Assembly: GCA_964459005.1 (NCBI GenBank)
Contig: CAYWOW010000001.1
Coordinates: 8,218 to 72,217 of the forward strand
Source of the DNA: an uncultured Acetobacteraceae bacterium
GTDB lineage: Bacteria; Pseudomonadota; Alphaproteobacteria; Acetobacterales; Acetobacteraceae
Direction of reading: 5' to 3'
DNA: 64,000 nt
Part shown: one piece after another, positions 19,166 through 28,711 of the stretch
Layout of the letters: every line of letters begins with the position of its first letter
Position numbering within the stretch: position 1 is the stretch's first letter
The notes under the pieces: model-generated
Seen by the model: the letters and a program-made list of their open reading frames with translations, nothing else
What the model was told of the DNA's origin: nothing
The model's database searches: none
Translations under genes and position numbers: made by a program

Positions 19166-20971
19166 CTAGACGAGTACCTGCCCCTCATCGGTCACGCCGG
19201 CGACGCTACCCGCGCTCTCGTTGCCCAGGATCATTTCGTTGTGCGCCGCCCCGGAGGGGATCATCGGGAAGCAGTTCTCCTTCGGGTCCACCGCGATGTC
19301 GGCGATCACGGCCTTGTCGCAGGCCAGCATTTCGTGGATCACCCCGTCCAGTTCATCCACCGACTTCGCGCGCATGCCGACGGCATGAAAACTGTCGGCC
19401 AGCTTCACGAAGTCGGGCAGCGCGGCCGAGTAGGTTTCCGAATAGCGGCCGCCGTGCAGCAGTTCCTGCCACTGCCGCACCATGCCCATGTATTCGTTGT
19501 TGAGGATGAAGATCTTCACGGGCAGGCGGTACTGCGCCAGCGTGCCCATCTCCTGGATGTTCATCAGGATGCTGGCCTCGCCGGCGATGTCGATGACCAG
19601 CGCGTCGGGATGGGCGATCTGCACGCCCATGGCCGCCGGCAGGCCGTAGCCCATGGTGCCGAGGCCGCCGCTGGTCATCCAGCGGTTCGGCTGCTCGAAC
19701 TTGAAGTACTGGGCGGCCCACATCTGGTGCTGGCCGACCTCGGTGGTGATGAAGATTTCCTGCTTCACCGCGCGGGTGATCTCATAGAGCCGCTCGATGG
19801 CGTATTGCGGCTTGATGATCGCGCCGGGCTCGCGCGGCTGGGTGTAGCGCAGGCAGTCCGTGCCTTTCCACGTGTCGATCTGCCGCCACCAGGCGGCGAT
19901 CGCGGGTCGGTCCACCGGGGTGGGATCGGCCTCCCACGCCGCCAGCAGCGCCGTCAGCGCGTGGGCGGCATCGGCCACGATCGGCACATCCACCGGCACG
20001 TTCTTGTTGATGCTGGAGGGGTCGATGTCGATGTGGATTTTCCGGCTGCCCGGGCTGAACGCATTCAGCCGACCCGTCACGCGGTCATCGAACCGGGCGC
20101 CGACATTCAGCAGCACGTCGCACCCGTGCATGGCGAGGTTGGACTCGTAGGTGCCGTGCATGCCCAGCATGCCGAGGAACTGCGGGTCGCTGGCCGGGAA
20201 GGCGCCCAGCCCCATCAGCGTGCTGGTGCAGGGAAAGCCGGTCTTGCGCACGAAGCGCGTCAGCGCCTCGGCGGCCGCGGGTCCGGCGTTGATCACGCCG
20301 CCGCCGGTATAGATCATCGGCCGTTTGGCCGACTTCAGCATCGCCGCGGCGCGGGCGATCTGGCCAGCGTCGGGCTGGGTCTGCGGGCGGTACGAACGGT
20401 GCGGGCTGTCGGGCGGCGGCGTGTAAAGCGTCTTGCCGATCAGGATGTCCTTCGGCAGGTCGATCACCACCGGCCCGGGCCGGCCGCTGCGCGCCACGTA
20501 GAACGCCTCGTGCACCACGCGCGCCAGGTCGCCGGGCCGCTTCACCAGGTAGTTGTGCTTGGTGGCGGGCCGGGTGATGCCGGTGGTGTCGGCTTCCTGG
20601 AAGGCGTCGTTGCCGATCAGGTGGGTCGGCACCTGGCCGGTCAGGCAGACCACGGGAATGCTGTCCATCAGCGCATCGGTCAGGCCGGTCACCGCGTTGG
20701 TGGCGCCCGGGCCGCTGGTCACCAGCGCCACGCCGACGCGCCCGGTGCTGCGCGCATAGCCCTCCGCGGCGTGCAGGGCGGCCTGCTCGTGCCGCACCAG
20801 GATGTGGCGGATCGCATTCTGGTTGAACAGGGCGTCGTAGATCGGCAATACGGCGCCGCCCGGGTAGCCGAAGATGACGTCGACCCCCTGGTCCTTCAAC
20901 GCGCGCAGAAGGACTTCCGCGCCAGGGGCAAGGGTCTCGGGATCGGCCAGATGGGGTGCTGTGTCTGTCAT
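19166..20971 (-). CDS. ilvI: Acetolactate synthase large subunit
   Basis: IFGYPGGAVLPIYD, RHEQAA, TSGPGATN, GQVPTHLIGNDAFQEAD, TPP motif IAGEASILMNIQE...LNNEYMGMVRQWQ. Start at MTDTAP. Confidence 0.95.
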   Translation of the reverse strand: MTDTAPHLADPETLAPGAEVLLRALKDQGVDVIFGYPGGAVLPIYDALFNQNAIRHILVRHEQAALHAAEGYARSTGRVGVALVTSGPGATNAVTGLTDALMDSIPVVCLTGQVPTHLIGNDAFQEADTTGITRPATKHNYLVKRPGDLARVVHEAFYVARSGRPGPVVIDLPKDILIGKTLYTPPPDSPHRSYRPQTQPDAGQIARAAAMLKSAKRPMIYTGGGVINAGPAAAEALTRFVRKTGFPCTSTLMGLGAFPASDPQFLGMLGMHGTYESNLAMHGCDVLLNVGARFDDRVTGRLNAFSPGSRKIHIDIDPSSINKNVPVDVPIVADAAHALTALLAAWEADPTPVDRPAIAAWWRQIDTWKGTDCLRYTQPREPGAIIKPQYAIERLYEITRAVKQEIFITTEVGQHQMWAAQYFKFEQPNRWMTSGGLGTMGYGLPAAMGVQIAHPDALVIDIAGEASILMNIQEMGTLAQYRLPVKIFILNNEYMGMVRQWQELLHGGRYSETYSAALPDFVKLADSFHAVGMRAKSVDELDGVIHEMLACDKAVIADIAVDPKENCFPMIPSGAAHNEMILGNESAGSVAGVTDEGQVLV

Positions 20972-21005
20972 GGTCGGGCACCCATAATCTGGCCGCTGGA
21001 CCGCG

Positions 21006-21965
21006 TCAACCGGCCGGGCGAATAAATGACATGATTTCAGCCAATTCACTTTCCATAAATTGCTCCAGACCCGCGATCCGCGCATGGATCATATGCATGC
21101 GCGATGGCGGCACCAGCAGCCGGTGACGGAACCAGGTCGCCTGGCGTTTCGTGTACTGCCCGGTCGCCAGCACCGCGCGGGCTTGCGCCTCGGCCAGCGT
21201 GATCTCGCCGCGGAGGTGCGACGCCAGTTCCGGTACGCCGTGCGCCCGCATCAGCGGCAACGCCGGATCGAGACCGAGCGCCAGCAGCGCCCGCACCTCG
21301 GCCAGTGCCCCGTGCTCCAGCATGATCGCGAAGCGGCTGGCGATGGCGGCGCGCAGCGTCTCGCGCGGCGGGGCGAGCAGCAGCACGGCGAAACGCCACG
21401 GCGCCGGCATGGCGGGGTCGGCCTGCCAGGCGGCGAGCCCCCGCCCGGTCGCCCGCCACACCTCCCAGGCACGCGCCACGCGCTGGCTGTCGGAGGGGCG
21501 CAACCGGGCGGCGGTGGCGCGGTCCACTTTGGCCAGCGCCTCGTGCAGCCCGCCCGGTCCGAACTCGGCGAGCAGGCGGCGGGCCTCGGCGCGGGCGGCC
21601 TCCGGCACCTCGGGGATGGCGGCGATGCCATGCACCAGCGACCAGAAATACAGCCCGGTGCCGCCGCACAGGATGGGCAGGCGCCCCGCCCCGTGCGCGT
21701 CGGCCATGGCGGCCAGCGCCGCGCCGCGCCACCAGGCGGCATCGCCGGGCTCGGCGGCCGGGCGGACGCCGTACAGGCGGTGCGGCACCAGCGCTTCCTC
21801 GGCCGGAGTCGGCCGTGCCGTGATCACCCGCAGCTCGCGGTAGCACTGCATGGCGTCGGCGTTGATCACCACGCCGTCCAGCCGCCCGGCGAGCCCAAGC
21901 GCCAGCGCCGACTTGCCGCTGCAGGTCGGACCGGCGACGATCAGGGCGAACGGTTTTTCATCCAC
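21006..21965 (-). CDS. miaA: tRNA dimethylallyltransferase
   Basis: AGPTCSGKS, INADAMQCY, ITARP, CGGTGLY, TGQYTKRQATWFRH. Confidence 0.95.
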   Translation of the reverse strand: MDEKPFALIVAGPTCSGKSALALGLAGRLDGVVINADAMQCYRELRVITARPTPAEEALVPHRLYGVRPAAEPGDAAWWRGAALAAMADAHGAGRLPILCGGTGLYFWSLVHGIAAIPEVPEAARAEARRLLAEFGPGGLHEALAKVDRATAARLRPSDSQRVARAWEVWRATGRGLAAWQADPAMPAPWRFAVLLLAPPRETLRAAIASRFAIMLEHGALAEVRALLALGLDPALPLMRAHGVPELASHLRGEITLAEAQARAVLATGQYTKRQATWFRHRLLVPPSRMHMIHARIAGLEQFMESELAEIMSFIRPAG

Positions 21966-22020
21966 GACTTGCCCCCGCGCGCTTCCGCCAGCATACCGGC
22001 CCCGTCATGTGCGATATTCC

Positions 22021-22899
22021 ATGAGTCACGTCCTCACCCTCGTCGTCGACCGCACGTCGGCCAGCCTCAGCGATGCCATCATCGCCCGGGTCGGGGACGT
22101 CATCCAGAGCAGACCGGCGGTGCTGTTGTCGCCCGGCGAGGCGGCCGACCTGCCGTGCCTGGCGCCGCCCGACATGACGGCGGTGGCGGCGGCGCTGGAG
22201 GGCGCGGCGATCGACGCCATCCCGACGCGCGCCAGGGGCCGGCGCAAGGGGCTGCTGGTGGCCGACATGGACAGCACCATCGTCACCACCGAGACGCTGG
22301 ACGAATTCGCCGCCTTCGCCGGCCTGAAGGAACGCATCGCCGCCATCACCCGCCGGGCGATGAACGGCGAACTCGATTTTCGCGAAGCCCTGCGCGAGCG
22401 GATCGCGATGCTGGCGGGATTGCCGCTGACCGCGCTGGAGCAGACCTGGGCGAGCACGGTCCTGACGCCCGGCGCGCGCGAGCTGGTGGCCACCATGCGG
22501 GCGCACAATGCCACCACCGCCCTGGTGTCCGGCGGGTTTTCCTTTTTCACCACGCGCGTGGCCGCCGCGGTCGGTTTCGACGTGCAGCGCTCCAACGTGC
22601 TGCTCGACGACGGGCGGGCGCTGACCGGCAAGGTGGCGGAGCCGATCCTGGACAAGGACGCCAAGCTGGCCGCGCTGCGCGAGCTGGCGGCGGCGCGCGG
22701 GCTGAAGATGGCGGCGACGCTGGCCGTCGGCGACGGCGCCAACGACCTGCCGATGCTGATGGAGGCGGGACTCGGCGTGGCCTTCCACGCCAGGCCGGTG
22801 GTCGCGGCTGAGGCGCGGGCACAGGTGAGGCACGCCACGCTGCGCGCGCTGCTGTTTGCCCAGGGGTATCGGCTGGAGGAGATTGTCGGCGCCGACTGA
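22021..22899 (+). CDS. serB: Phosphoserine phosphatase
   Basis: HAD motifs ADMDSTIV, VSGGFS, AVGDGANDLPML. Divergent from miaA, the usual alphaproteobacterial arrangement. Confidence 0.95.
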   Translation: MSHVLTLVVDRTSASLSDAIIARVGDVIQSRPAVLLSPGEAADLPCLAPPDMTAVAAALEGAAIDAIPTRARGRRKGLLVADMDSTIVTTETLDEFAAFAGLKERIAAITRRAMNGELDFREALRERIAMLAGLPLTALEQTWASTVLTPGARELVATMRAHNATTALVSGGFSFFTTRVAAAVGFDVQRSNVLLDDGRALTGKVAEPILDKDAKLAALRELAAARGLKMAATLAVGDGANDLPMLMEAGLGVAFHARPVVAAEARAQVRHATLRALLFAQGYRLEEIVGAD

Positions 22900-22943
22900 C
22901 CCGCGACAGGTTGGACCGGCCGCCAAACCCGGAGGGGGATGCC

Positions 22944-23171
22944 ATGTCCGATCCGCTCGACCCGCTGCTGCTCGATCTGGTGGAATGGGTCGCCCGCGCG
23001 CCGCGCACCCATGCCGAGGTGATGGAGGCCTGGCGCACCTCCTGCCCGCGCCTGCCGGTGTGGGAGGAGGCGGTGGAGCGCGGCTACCTCGCCCATGACA
23101 GCGCCCGCGAACTGCGCGTGGTGGCGACGCCGGCGGGACTCGGCTTCCTGGCGGCACACCAGCGGGGCTGA
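22944..23171 (+). CDS. Small conserved-type hypothetical protein
   Basis: GGAGGG RBS. LLLDLVEWVARAPRTHAEVMEAWRTSCPRLPVWEEA has the look of a small winged-helix-like protein. Confidence 0.7.
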   Translation: MSDPLDPLLLDLVEWVARAPRTHAEVMEAWRTSCPRLPVWEEAVERGYLAHDSARELRVVATPAGLGFLAAHQRG

Positions 23172-23193
23172 ACGGGAGAGGCCTGCGCCGTGG

Positions 23194-23826
23194 CTACCGC
23201 GCCGCGAAAGCCAGCCGTTTCAGCTCGGCCAGAAAGCGCTCCGCCGCCGCTTCCGGCGCCCAGGGCTGCCAGGGTTCGCCGCCGTAGCGCGCCAGCAGCG
23301 GGTCATCCGGCTTGACCGGCGCGCGGATGCCCAGGGTCTCGCGCACTTCCGCGCGTGTCCAGCCCGCCACGAACACCGCCTCGGCCGCCGCCGCCGCCAC
23401 GTCGACCACCTTGTGGGCGCGCTTTTCCGCCGCGGTCCAGGGCGGCAGCCCGTAGCGCGCCGCAATGACCGCCGACAGCCGGCGGGTCAGCTCGGCATAG
23501 CCCGGCCCCAGAAACGGCTTGAGCGGCGAGATGCAGTCGAAATTGATGAAACCCTCGTCGGCATCGTGCAGCAGTTCGCGCAATTGCTGCCCCGGCGTCA
23601 GCCGCGCCCGGGCGCGGCGGATCTCCAGCACGGCCAGCGAGTGTTGCGCCACCGACAGCGGCGCCCCCGGCCATACCGAATGCCCGCCCCAGCGATAGGT
23701 GCGCGCCAGGCCGATGGCCAGGTCCTCGTCGGTCCAGTCGAACGGCGTCGGCGCGATCAAGTCCAGCCGCCGCCCGCTGGGCAGGCGGACCCAGGCACGT
23801 TCGGCGGGCTGTGGGGAGAGTGTCAT
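23194..23826 (-). CDS. HD-domain phosphohydrolase (YfbR/5'-deoxynucleotidase-like)
   Basis: SGRRLDL, RWGGHS, LSVAQHSL, LLHDADEG and DCISPLK. Confidence 0.85.
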   Translation of the reverse strand: MTLSPQPAERAWVRLPSGRRLDLIAPTPFDWTDEDLAIGLARTYRWGGHSVWPGAPLSVAQHSLAVLEIRRARARLTPGQQLRELLHDADEGFINFDCISPLKPFLGPGYAELTRRLSAVIAARYGLPPWTAAEKRAHKVVDVAAAAAEAVFVAGWTRAEVRETLGIRAPVKPDDPLLARYGGEPWQPWAPEAAAERFLAELKRLAFAAR

Positions 23827-24040
23827 CCGGCCACTAGGGTCCAAACCCAATCAGGAAGCGCTGCTGACGACCCAAAGCGGTCCTTCGGAACACTGCTCCA
23901 GGCCGCCGGGGTGCATCAACCTCTGCGCCCCGGATTCATGCAACGGGACAGCCCTGTGATTTCAAGGATACCGCTTTGTCGCGTATTTCTTGACATCTGC
24001 AAATGCCACGTTTCCCCGATCGCATATCTTGCGCCTGCGT

Positions 24041-25612
24041 TCAGCTTTTCGTGACGTTCCAGAACACCGGCGTCATGCCTTTCAGCGGCGTGGAGATGTT
24101 CTTCGTCCAGGCAGCCGGCGGCAGGTATTGGCCGAGTGGTATGATGGTGACGAGGTCGAGGCAGCGGGCCTGAATCTGCTCGCAGAGTTGTCTCTGTTTG
24201 GTCGCGTCGGTCTCGTCGAGCCATTGTTCGTGCAGGGCTTCGAGCTTGTCGTCGCTCGGCCAGCCGAACCATGCCTTCTTGCCGTTGCCGCGGATGCCGC
24301 TGGCGAGCAGCGGATCGACATATTCGGCGGCGGGGTTGCCAGCCGGAAACATGGACCAGCCCCCTTTTTCCAGCGTCTCGTGGCTGGTGCGCCGCTCGAC
24401 GACGGTGCCCCAGTCCGTGGAGACCTCGTCGATGTTCAGGCCGATCTGGCGGAAGGCCTGGGCGACGACGCCGATCATCGCGTTGTAGAAGACCTGGTCG
24501 GTGGGGTGGAACAGCACCACCTTTTCGCCCTTGTAACCGGAATCCTTGAGCATGGCCGCGATCTCGGGAATGCCCTTGCGCTTGCGCACAAGGTCCATGC
24601 CGGCGTCGTTGGCCCCCGGCGAGCCGGGGACGAACATGCCGACGGGAGCGTTGTAAAGGCTCCTGTCCTCGCCCATCGTGGCGGTCATCACCTCGACCTG
24701 GTCGACCGCCGCGAGCATGGCCTGGCGGACGCCGAGATTGGCGGTCGGCCCCTGCTCCCAGTTCGGCCGCAGCAGACCGTAATAGCCGGTGCGGTCGAGC
24801 ACGCCGACGGTGACGCCGGCGCTCCCGCGCAGCATGGGCAGCAGGTCGGGCAGCGGCGTTTCGAGCCAGTCGACCTCGCCGGCGACCAGCGCGCTTGCCG
24901 CCGTCGCGGGGTCGGGGATGACGTGCCACTCCACGCGATCGACCATGGCGCGCAGGCCGCCCGCCGTGTAGTTGGCCGGTTCGCTGCGCGGGATGTAGTT
25001 TTCGTTCCTGGTGAACACCATGCGGTTGCCGGAGACGTATTCCCTCGGCTCGTATTTGAACGGGCCGCTGCCGATTACTTCGGTGATCTGTTTGAACGGG
25101 TCGGTGTTGGCGATGCGCTCCGGCATGATCGCGGGCGTCGGCTGGGTTTTCGACAGCGCCGTCGGCAGGCTGCCGAAGGGTTTCCTGAGGCGAAAGACGA
25201 AGCTGCTGTCGCCCTTGGCCTCGAGTGAGTCCAGCCGGTCGGCGATGGTTTGCCCGATCGGATCGCGTTTCATCCAGCGATTCAGCGAGGCGACGCAATC
25301 GCGGGCCAGTACCTTCTCGCCGTCGTGGAAGGCGAGGCCGTCGCGCAGCGTCAGCGTCCAGCGCTTGCCGCCGTCCTCGACCACTGCGCCGGCGATCATC
25401 CGGGGCTTGGGATCGAGCGCGTCGTCGCGGCCGTAGATGGTTTCGAAGACCATGGCGGCGGCGTTTCGTGTAACGGTCGCCGTGGTCCAAACCGGGTCCA
25501 TCGTGACGAGGTTGCCCTGTGGCACGAAGATCAGCCGTTTCGTGGTTTGCGCAATGGACGGGCGGGCCAGCGCTGCGGCGGCCGCGGCGGCAACGAAGGC
25601 GCGACGCTTCAT
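24041..25612 (-). CDS. ABC transporter substrate-binding protein, family 5 (peptide/nickel type), orphan
   Basis: Tat-like MKRRAFVAAAAAAALARPSIAQ, MDPVWTT, TLRDGLAFHDG, IGSGPFK, FWNVTK. No permease or ATPase genes nearby. Confidence 0.9.
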   Translation of the reverse strand: MKRRAFVAAAAAAALARPSIAQTTKRLIFVPQGNLVTMDPVWTTATVTRNAAAMVFETIYGRDDALDPKPRMIAGAVVEDGGKRWTLTLRDGLAFHDGEKVLARDCVASLNRWMKRDPIGQTIADRLDSLEAKGDSSFVFRLRKPFGSLPTALSKTQPTPAIMPERIANTDPFKQITEVIGSGPFKYEPREYVSGNRMVFTRNENYIPRSEPANYTAGGLRAMVDRVEWHVIPDPATAASALVAGEVDWLETPLPDLLPMLRGSAGVTVGVLDRTGYYGLLRPNWEQGPTANLGVRQAMLAAVDQVEVMTATMGEDRSLYNAPVGMFVPGSPGANDAGMDLVRKRKGIPEIAAMLKDSGYKGEKVVLFHPTDQVFYNAMIGVVAQAFRQIGLNIDEVSTDWGTVVERRTSHETLEKGGWSMFPAGNPAAEYVDPLLASGIRGNGKKAWFGWPSDDKLEALHEQWLDETDATKQRQLCEQIQARCLDLVTIIPLGQYLPPAAWTKNISTPLKGMTPVFWNVTKS

Positions 25613-25770
25613 CTGGGACTCCCCAATGTGCGACTTGTTCTCTCCCCTCGCGTGCAGGTTAGGCACGATTCCGGCAACACCTCAACAAATCGATCCGCGA
25701 ATGCGGCAAACATTGGATTGGCGATGCGACCAGGACTATGTTCCTAGTTTTGTTCTTTTTTTGAAGTCGC

Positions 25771-25791
25771 CACAACACACTGTGCGTTGTG
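25771..25791. promoter_or_regulatory. Operator-like palindrome CACAACACAC-T-GTGCGTTGTG upstream of the SBP gene
   Basis: 10-1-10 inverted repeat with one mismatch, next to a T-rich tract in the intergenic region. Confidence 0.3.
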
Positions 25792-25841
25792 CGAATTTCC
25801 TGGAGCATGATCGCTTCGCCGATCAGAAGCGTATCGTGCTT

Positions 25842-27611
25842 CTAGTGCGCCAGTGCCTGGGTCCGCACCAGCCGCGCGTACAGCCCGTTGCGCTTGAGCA
25901 GCCCGGCATGGGTGCCCTGCTCGACCGCCCGCCCGTCGGCCAGCGCCACCACCAGATCGGCGTCGCGCACGGTGGACAGGCGGTGCGCCACCACGATGGT
26001 CGTGCGCCCCTGCCGCAGCCGCGCCAGCGCTGCCTGCACCGCCGCCTCGTTTTCGGCGTCCAGCGCGCTGGTGGCCTCGTCGAGCAGCAGTACGCGCGGG
26101 TCGCGCAACAGCGCGCGCGCCAGGGCCACGCGCTGGCGCTGCCCGCCGGAAAGCCGCCCGCCGGAAGGACCCACCACGGTGGCGTAACCCTCGGGCAGGG
26201 CGGCGATGAAATCGTGCGCCGCCGCCGCCTGCGCCGCCGCCACCACCTCGGCCTCGCTCGCCCCGGGGCGGCCCATGCGGATATTCGCCTCCACGGTGTC
26301 GTCGAACAACAGCGCGTCCTGCCCGACATAGGCGATGGAGTCGCGCAGCGAGGCGAGGGTCACGTCGCGCACATCGGCCCCGTCCAGCACAACCGCCCCG
26401 GTCGTCACGTCGTGCAGCCGCGGGATCAGCGCCAGCGCGGTGGACTTGCCGGCGCCGGAGGGTCCGACCAGCGCCACCGTCAACCCGGGCTCGGCGACGA
26501 AGGAAAGGCCGGACAGCCCGTGCCGGCCATCCGGGTAGACGAAGCCGACGTCCTCGAACACCAGCCGGCCCCGCCCGGGCGGCAGCGCCGCCGCGCCGGG
26601 GCGCTCGGCGATGCCCGGCCTCTCGTCGGTCACGCTGAACACGCGCACCAGCCCGGCCAGCCCTTCCTGCAACGCCGCGTTCAGGCTGCCGAGCGCGCGC
26701 AGCGGCCGCGAGGCGATCAGCAGGGCGGCGACAAAACCGGCAAAATCACCGATCGAACTGCTGCCCAGCGCCGCCCGCCAACCGGCAAACCCCAGCACCG
26801 CCGCCACCGCCAGCCCGCCCAGCATCTCCAGCAGCGGGTCGATGCGCGCGCGGGAGCGGGTCATGCTCATCAGCGCCCGGTAGAGCCGGTCGAAGGCCGC
26901 CTCGGCGCGCCGGGTCTCCTGACCCTCCAGCCGGTAGGCGCGCACCGTGCGGGCCTGGGCGAAGCTTTCGTTCAGCAGCGCCGCGGTCTCGCCGACCCGC
27001 ATTTGCATGCCGCCGGAGGCGCGGCGGATGCGCCGGCCGATGCGCTGGATCGGCACCGCGGCGATCGGCAGCATCACGAAGGCGATCAGGCTCAACACCC
27101 AGTCGGCGTAGATCATCCAGCCGACTAGCCCGATGATGGTCACCGCATCGGCGAGGCCGTTGACGGCGCGGCTCAGCGCCTCGCGAATGGTGGCCGCATC
27201 GGTGGTGAAGCGGCTGGCCAGCACGGCCGGCGCCTCGCGCTCGACACGGGCGAGGTCGGCATTGGTCAGGTGGTGGAACATCCGGTCCTGCAGCTCGCGG
27301 ATGACCAGCAGCACGACCTTTTGCATCAGCACGGCCTGGAAATACCACGCGACCGCCCGGACGGCGGTGATGCAGGCCACCATCGCCGGCACCTGATACA
27401 GAATGCGCCGGTCGCGGCGGGTGAACATGTCGACCGCGTCCTTGATGACCTCCGGATAGATCGCCTGCGTGGCGGCCATCAGCAGCGTCAGCAGCAGCAC
27501 GGTCAGCATCATGTAACGGTGCTGACGGACGTGGTCGCGCCAGAGTCGCCGCAGCAACGGCGCCGTCCGGTCGTCCGGCGCCGTCGGCGCGGCAGGCGGG
27601 AAGTCATTCAT
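25842..27611 (-). CDS. MsbA-like ABC exporter (TMD plus NBD)
   Basis: Six-TM N-terminal half. Walker A GPSGAGKST, signature LSGGQRQRVALARA, LLLDEATSALD, VAHRLST. Confidence 0.9.
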   Translation of the reverse strand: MNDFPPAAPTAPDDRTAPLLRRLWRDHVRQHRYMMLTVLLLTLLMAATQAIYPEVIKDAVDMFTRRDRRILYQVPAMVACITAVRAVAWYFQAVLMQKVVLLVIRELQDRMFHHLTNADLARVEREAPAVLASRFTTDAATIREALSRAVNGLADAVTIIGLVGWMIYADWVLSLIAFVMLPIAAVPIQRIGRRIRRASGGMQMRVGETAALLNESFAQARTVRAYRLEGQETRRAEAAFDRLYRALMSMTRSRARIDPLLEMLGGLAVAAVLGFAGWRAALGSSSIGDFAGFVAALLIASRPLRALGSLNAALQEGLAGLVRVFSVTDERPGIAERPGAAALPPGRGRLVFEDVGFVYPDGRHGLSGLSFVAEPGLTVALVGPSGAGKSTALALIPRLHDVTTGAVVLDGADVRDVTLASLRDSIAYVGQDALLFDDTVEANIRMGRPGASEAEVVAAAQAAAAHDFIAALPEGYATVVGPSGGRLSGGQRQRVALARALLRDPRVLLLDEATSALDAENEAAVQAALARLRQGRTTIVVAHRLSTVRDADLVVALADGRAVEQGTHAGLLKRNGLYARLVRTQALAH

Positions 27612-27640
27612 GGCGACGGCGTGTAACAGCCTGGTCCGCC

Positions 27641-27672
27641 AGATTCCAGGTGCCAGAGATTCCAGGTGCCAG
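27641..27672. repeat. Perfect tandem duplication of AGATTCCAGGTGCCAG (16 bp x2)
   Basis: Copies at 27641-27656 and 27657-27672, in the divergent promoter region. Confidence 0.9.
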
Positions 27673-27724
27673 CCCTGCGGCGCGACGGTAGGGTATTTTC
27701 CCTCGGCCTGCGATACGAGACCCC

Positions 27725-28711
27725 ATGCCGCAGCGTCTCCGCATCGCCGTTTATTGCGACCTCGACCTGCTTGGCGACGGCCTGATGAAGCTGCCGTTCG
27801 TGCGGGCGCTGCGCAGCGCCTGGCCGGATGGCGATCTCACCTGGGTCGCCGGGCGGGGGCCCAGCGTCTATGCCGGGGTCCTGCGCCCGCTGGTGCACGG
27901 GCTGGTGGACCGCACGCTGGAGAACACCGGCGTCGGCGCCGGCCTGGGCGAGGCGCTGCGCCGGCAGGCCGGTGGCCTCGACATCCTGATCGACACGCAG
28001 TCGCTGGTGGCGACCGCCTGGGCGCTGCGCCAGCTGGGGGCCAGGCAGTTTTTCTCCCGGGCCGGGCGCTACCTGCTGTCGAGCCGCCGGCCGCCCGGGT
28101 TCTGGCGCAAGCGGCGGCGGCTGATCTCGCGGCTGCTGTACCTGGCGGAAGTGGCGGCCGGCCGGCCGGTGACGCCGACCGGGGAGCTATGGCAGGACCC
28201 GCAGGCGCGAGCACTGGCGGAGCGGCTGCTGCCGGATGGCGGGCGCTACGTGGCGCTGGTGGCCGGCGCCGGCGGGCGGCACAAGGCGTGGCCGCTGCCG
28301 TGCCACATCGAGTTGGCGCGCGCGCTGGCGGCGCGGGGGGTGCAGCCGGCCATCATCCTCGGCCCGGCCGAGCGCGAGTGGCATCCCGACCTGGCCGCCG
28401 CCTTGCCGGAGGCGCGGTTCCCCTTGCAGGAGGCCGAAGCGGCGGGCGCCACGGCCGACCCGATGCTGACGCTGGCGGTGGCGCGGCGCTGCCTGGCCGG
28501 GGTGGCGGGCGATTGCGGCGGCGGCCATCTGCTGGCGGCGGCGGATCTGCCGCTGGTGTCGCTGTTCGGACCGACCGAGCCGGACAAGTTCGCGCCCTGG
28601 ACACCCGAGCTGACGGTGCTGCGGGCACAGAGTTTTGGCGGCACCGAGATGACGGCGATTCCGGTCGCGGCGGTGCTGGCGGCCGTCGAGGCGGCGACCG
28701 GGCGGCGTTAG
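27725..28711 (+). CDS. Glycosyltransferase family 9 (heptosyltransferase-like)
   Basis: LLGDGLMKLPFVRALRSAWP, HKAWP, GDCGGGHLLAAADLPLVSLFGPT. Confidence 0.88.
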   Translation: MPQRLRIAVYCDLDLLGDGLMKLPFVRALRSAWPDGDLTWVAGRGPSVYAGVLRPLVHGLVDRTLENTGVGAGLGEALRRQAGGLDILIDTQSLVATAWALRQLGARQFFSRAGRYLLSSRRPPGFWRKRRRLISRLLYLAEVAAGRPVTPTGELWQDPQARALAERLLPDGGRYVALVAGAGGRHKAWPLPCHIELARALAARGVQPAIILGPAEREWHPDLAAALPEARFPLQEAEAAGATADPMLTLAVARRCLAGVAGDCGGGHLLAAADLPLVSLFGPTEPDKFAPWTPELTVLRAQSFGGTEMTAIPVAAVLAAVEAATGRR

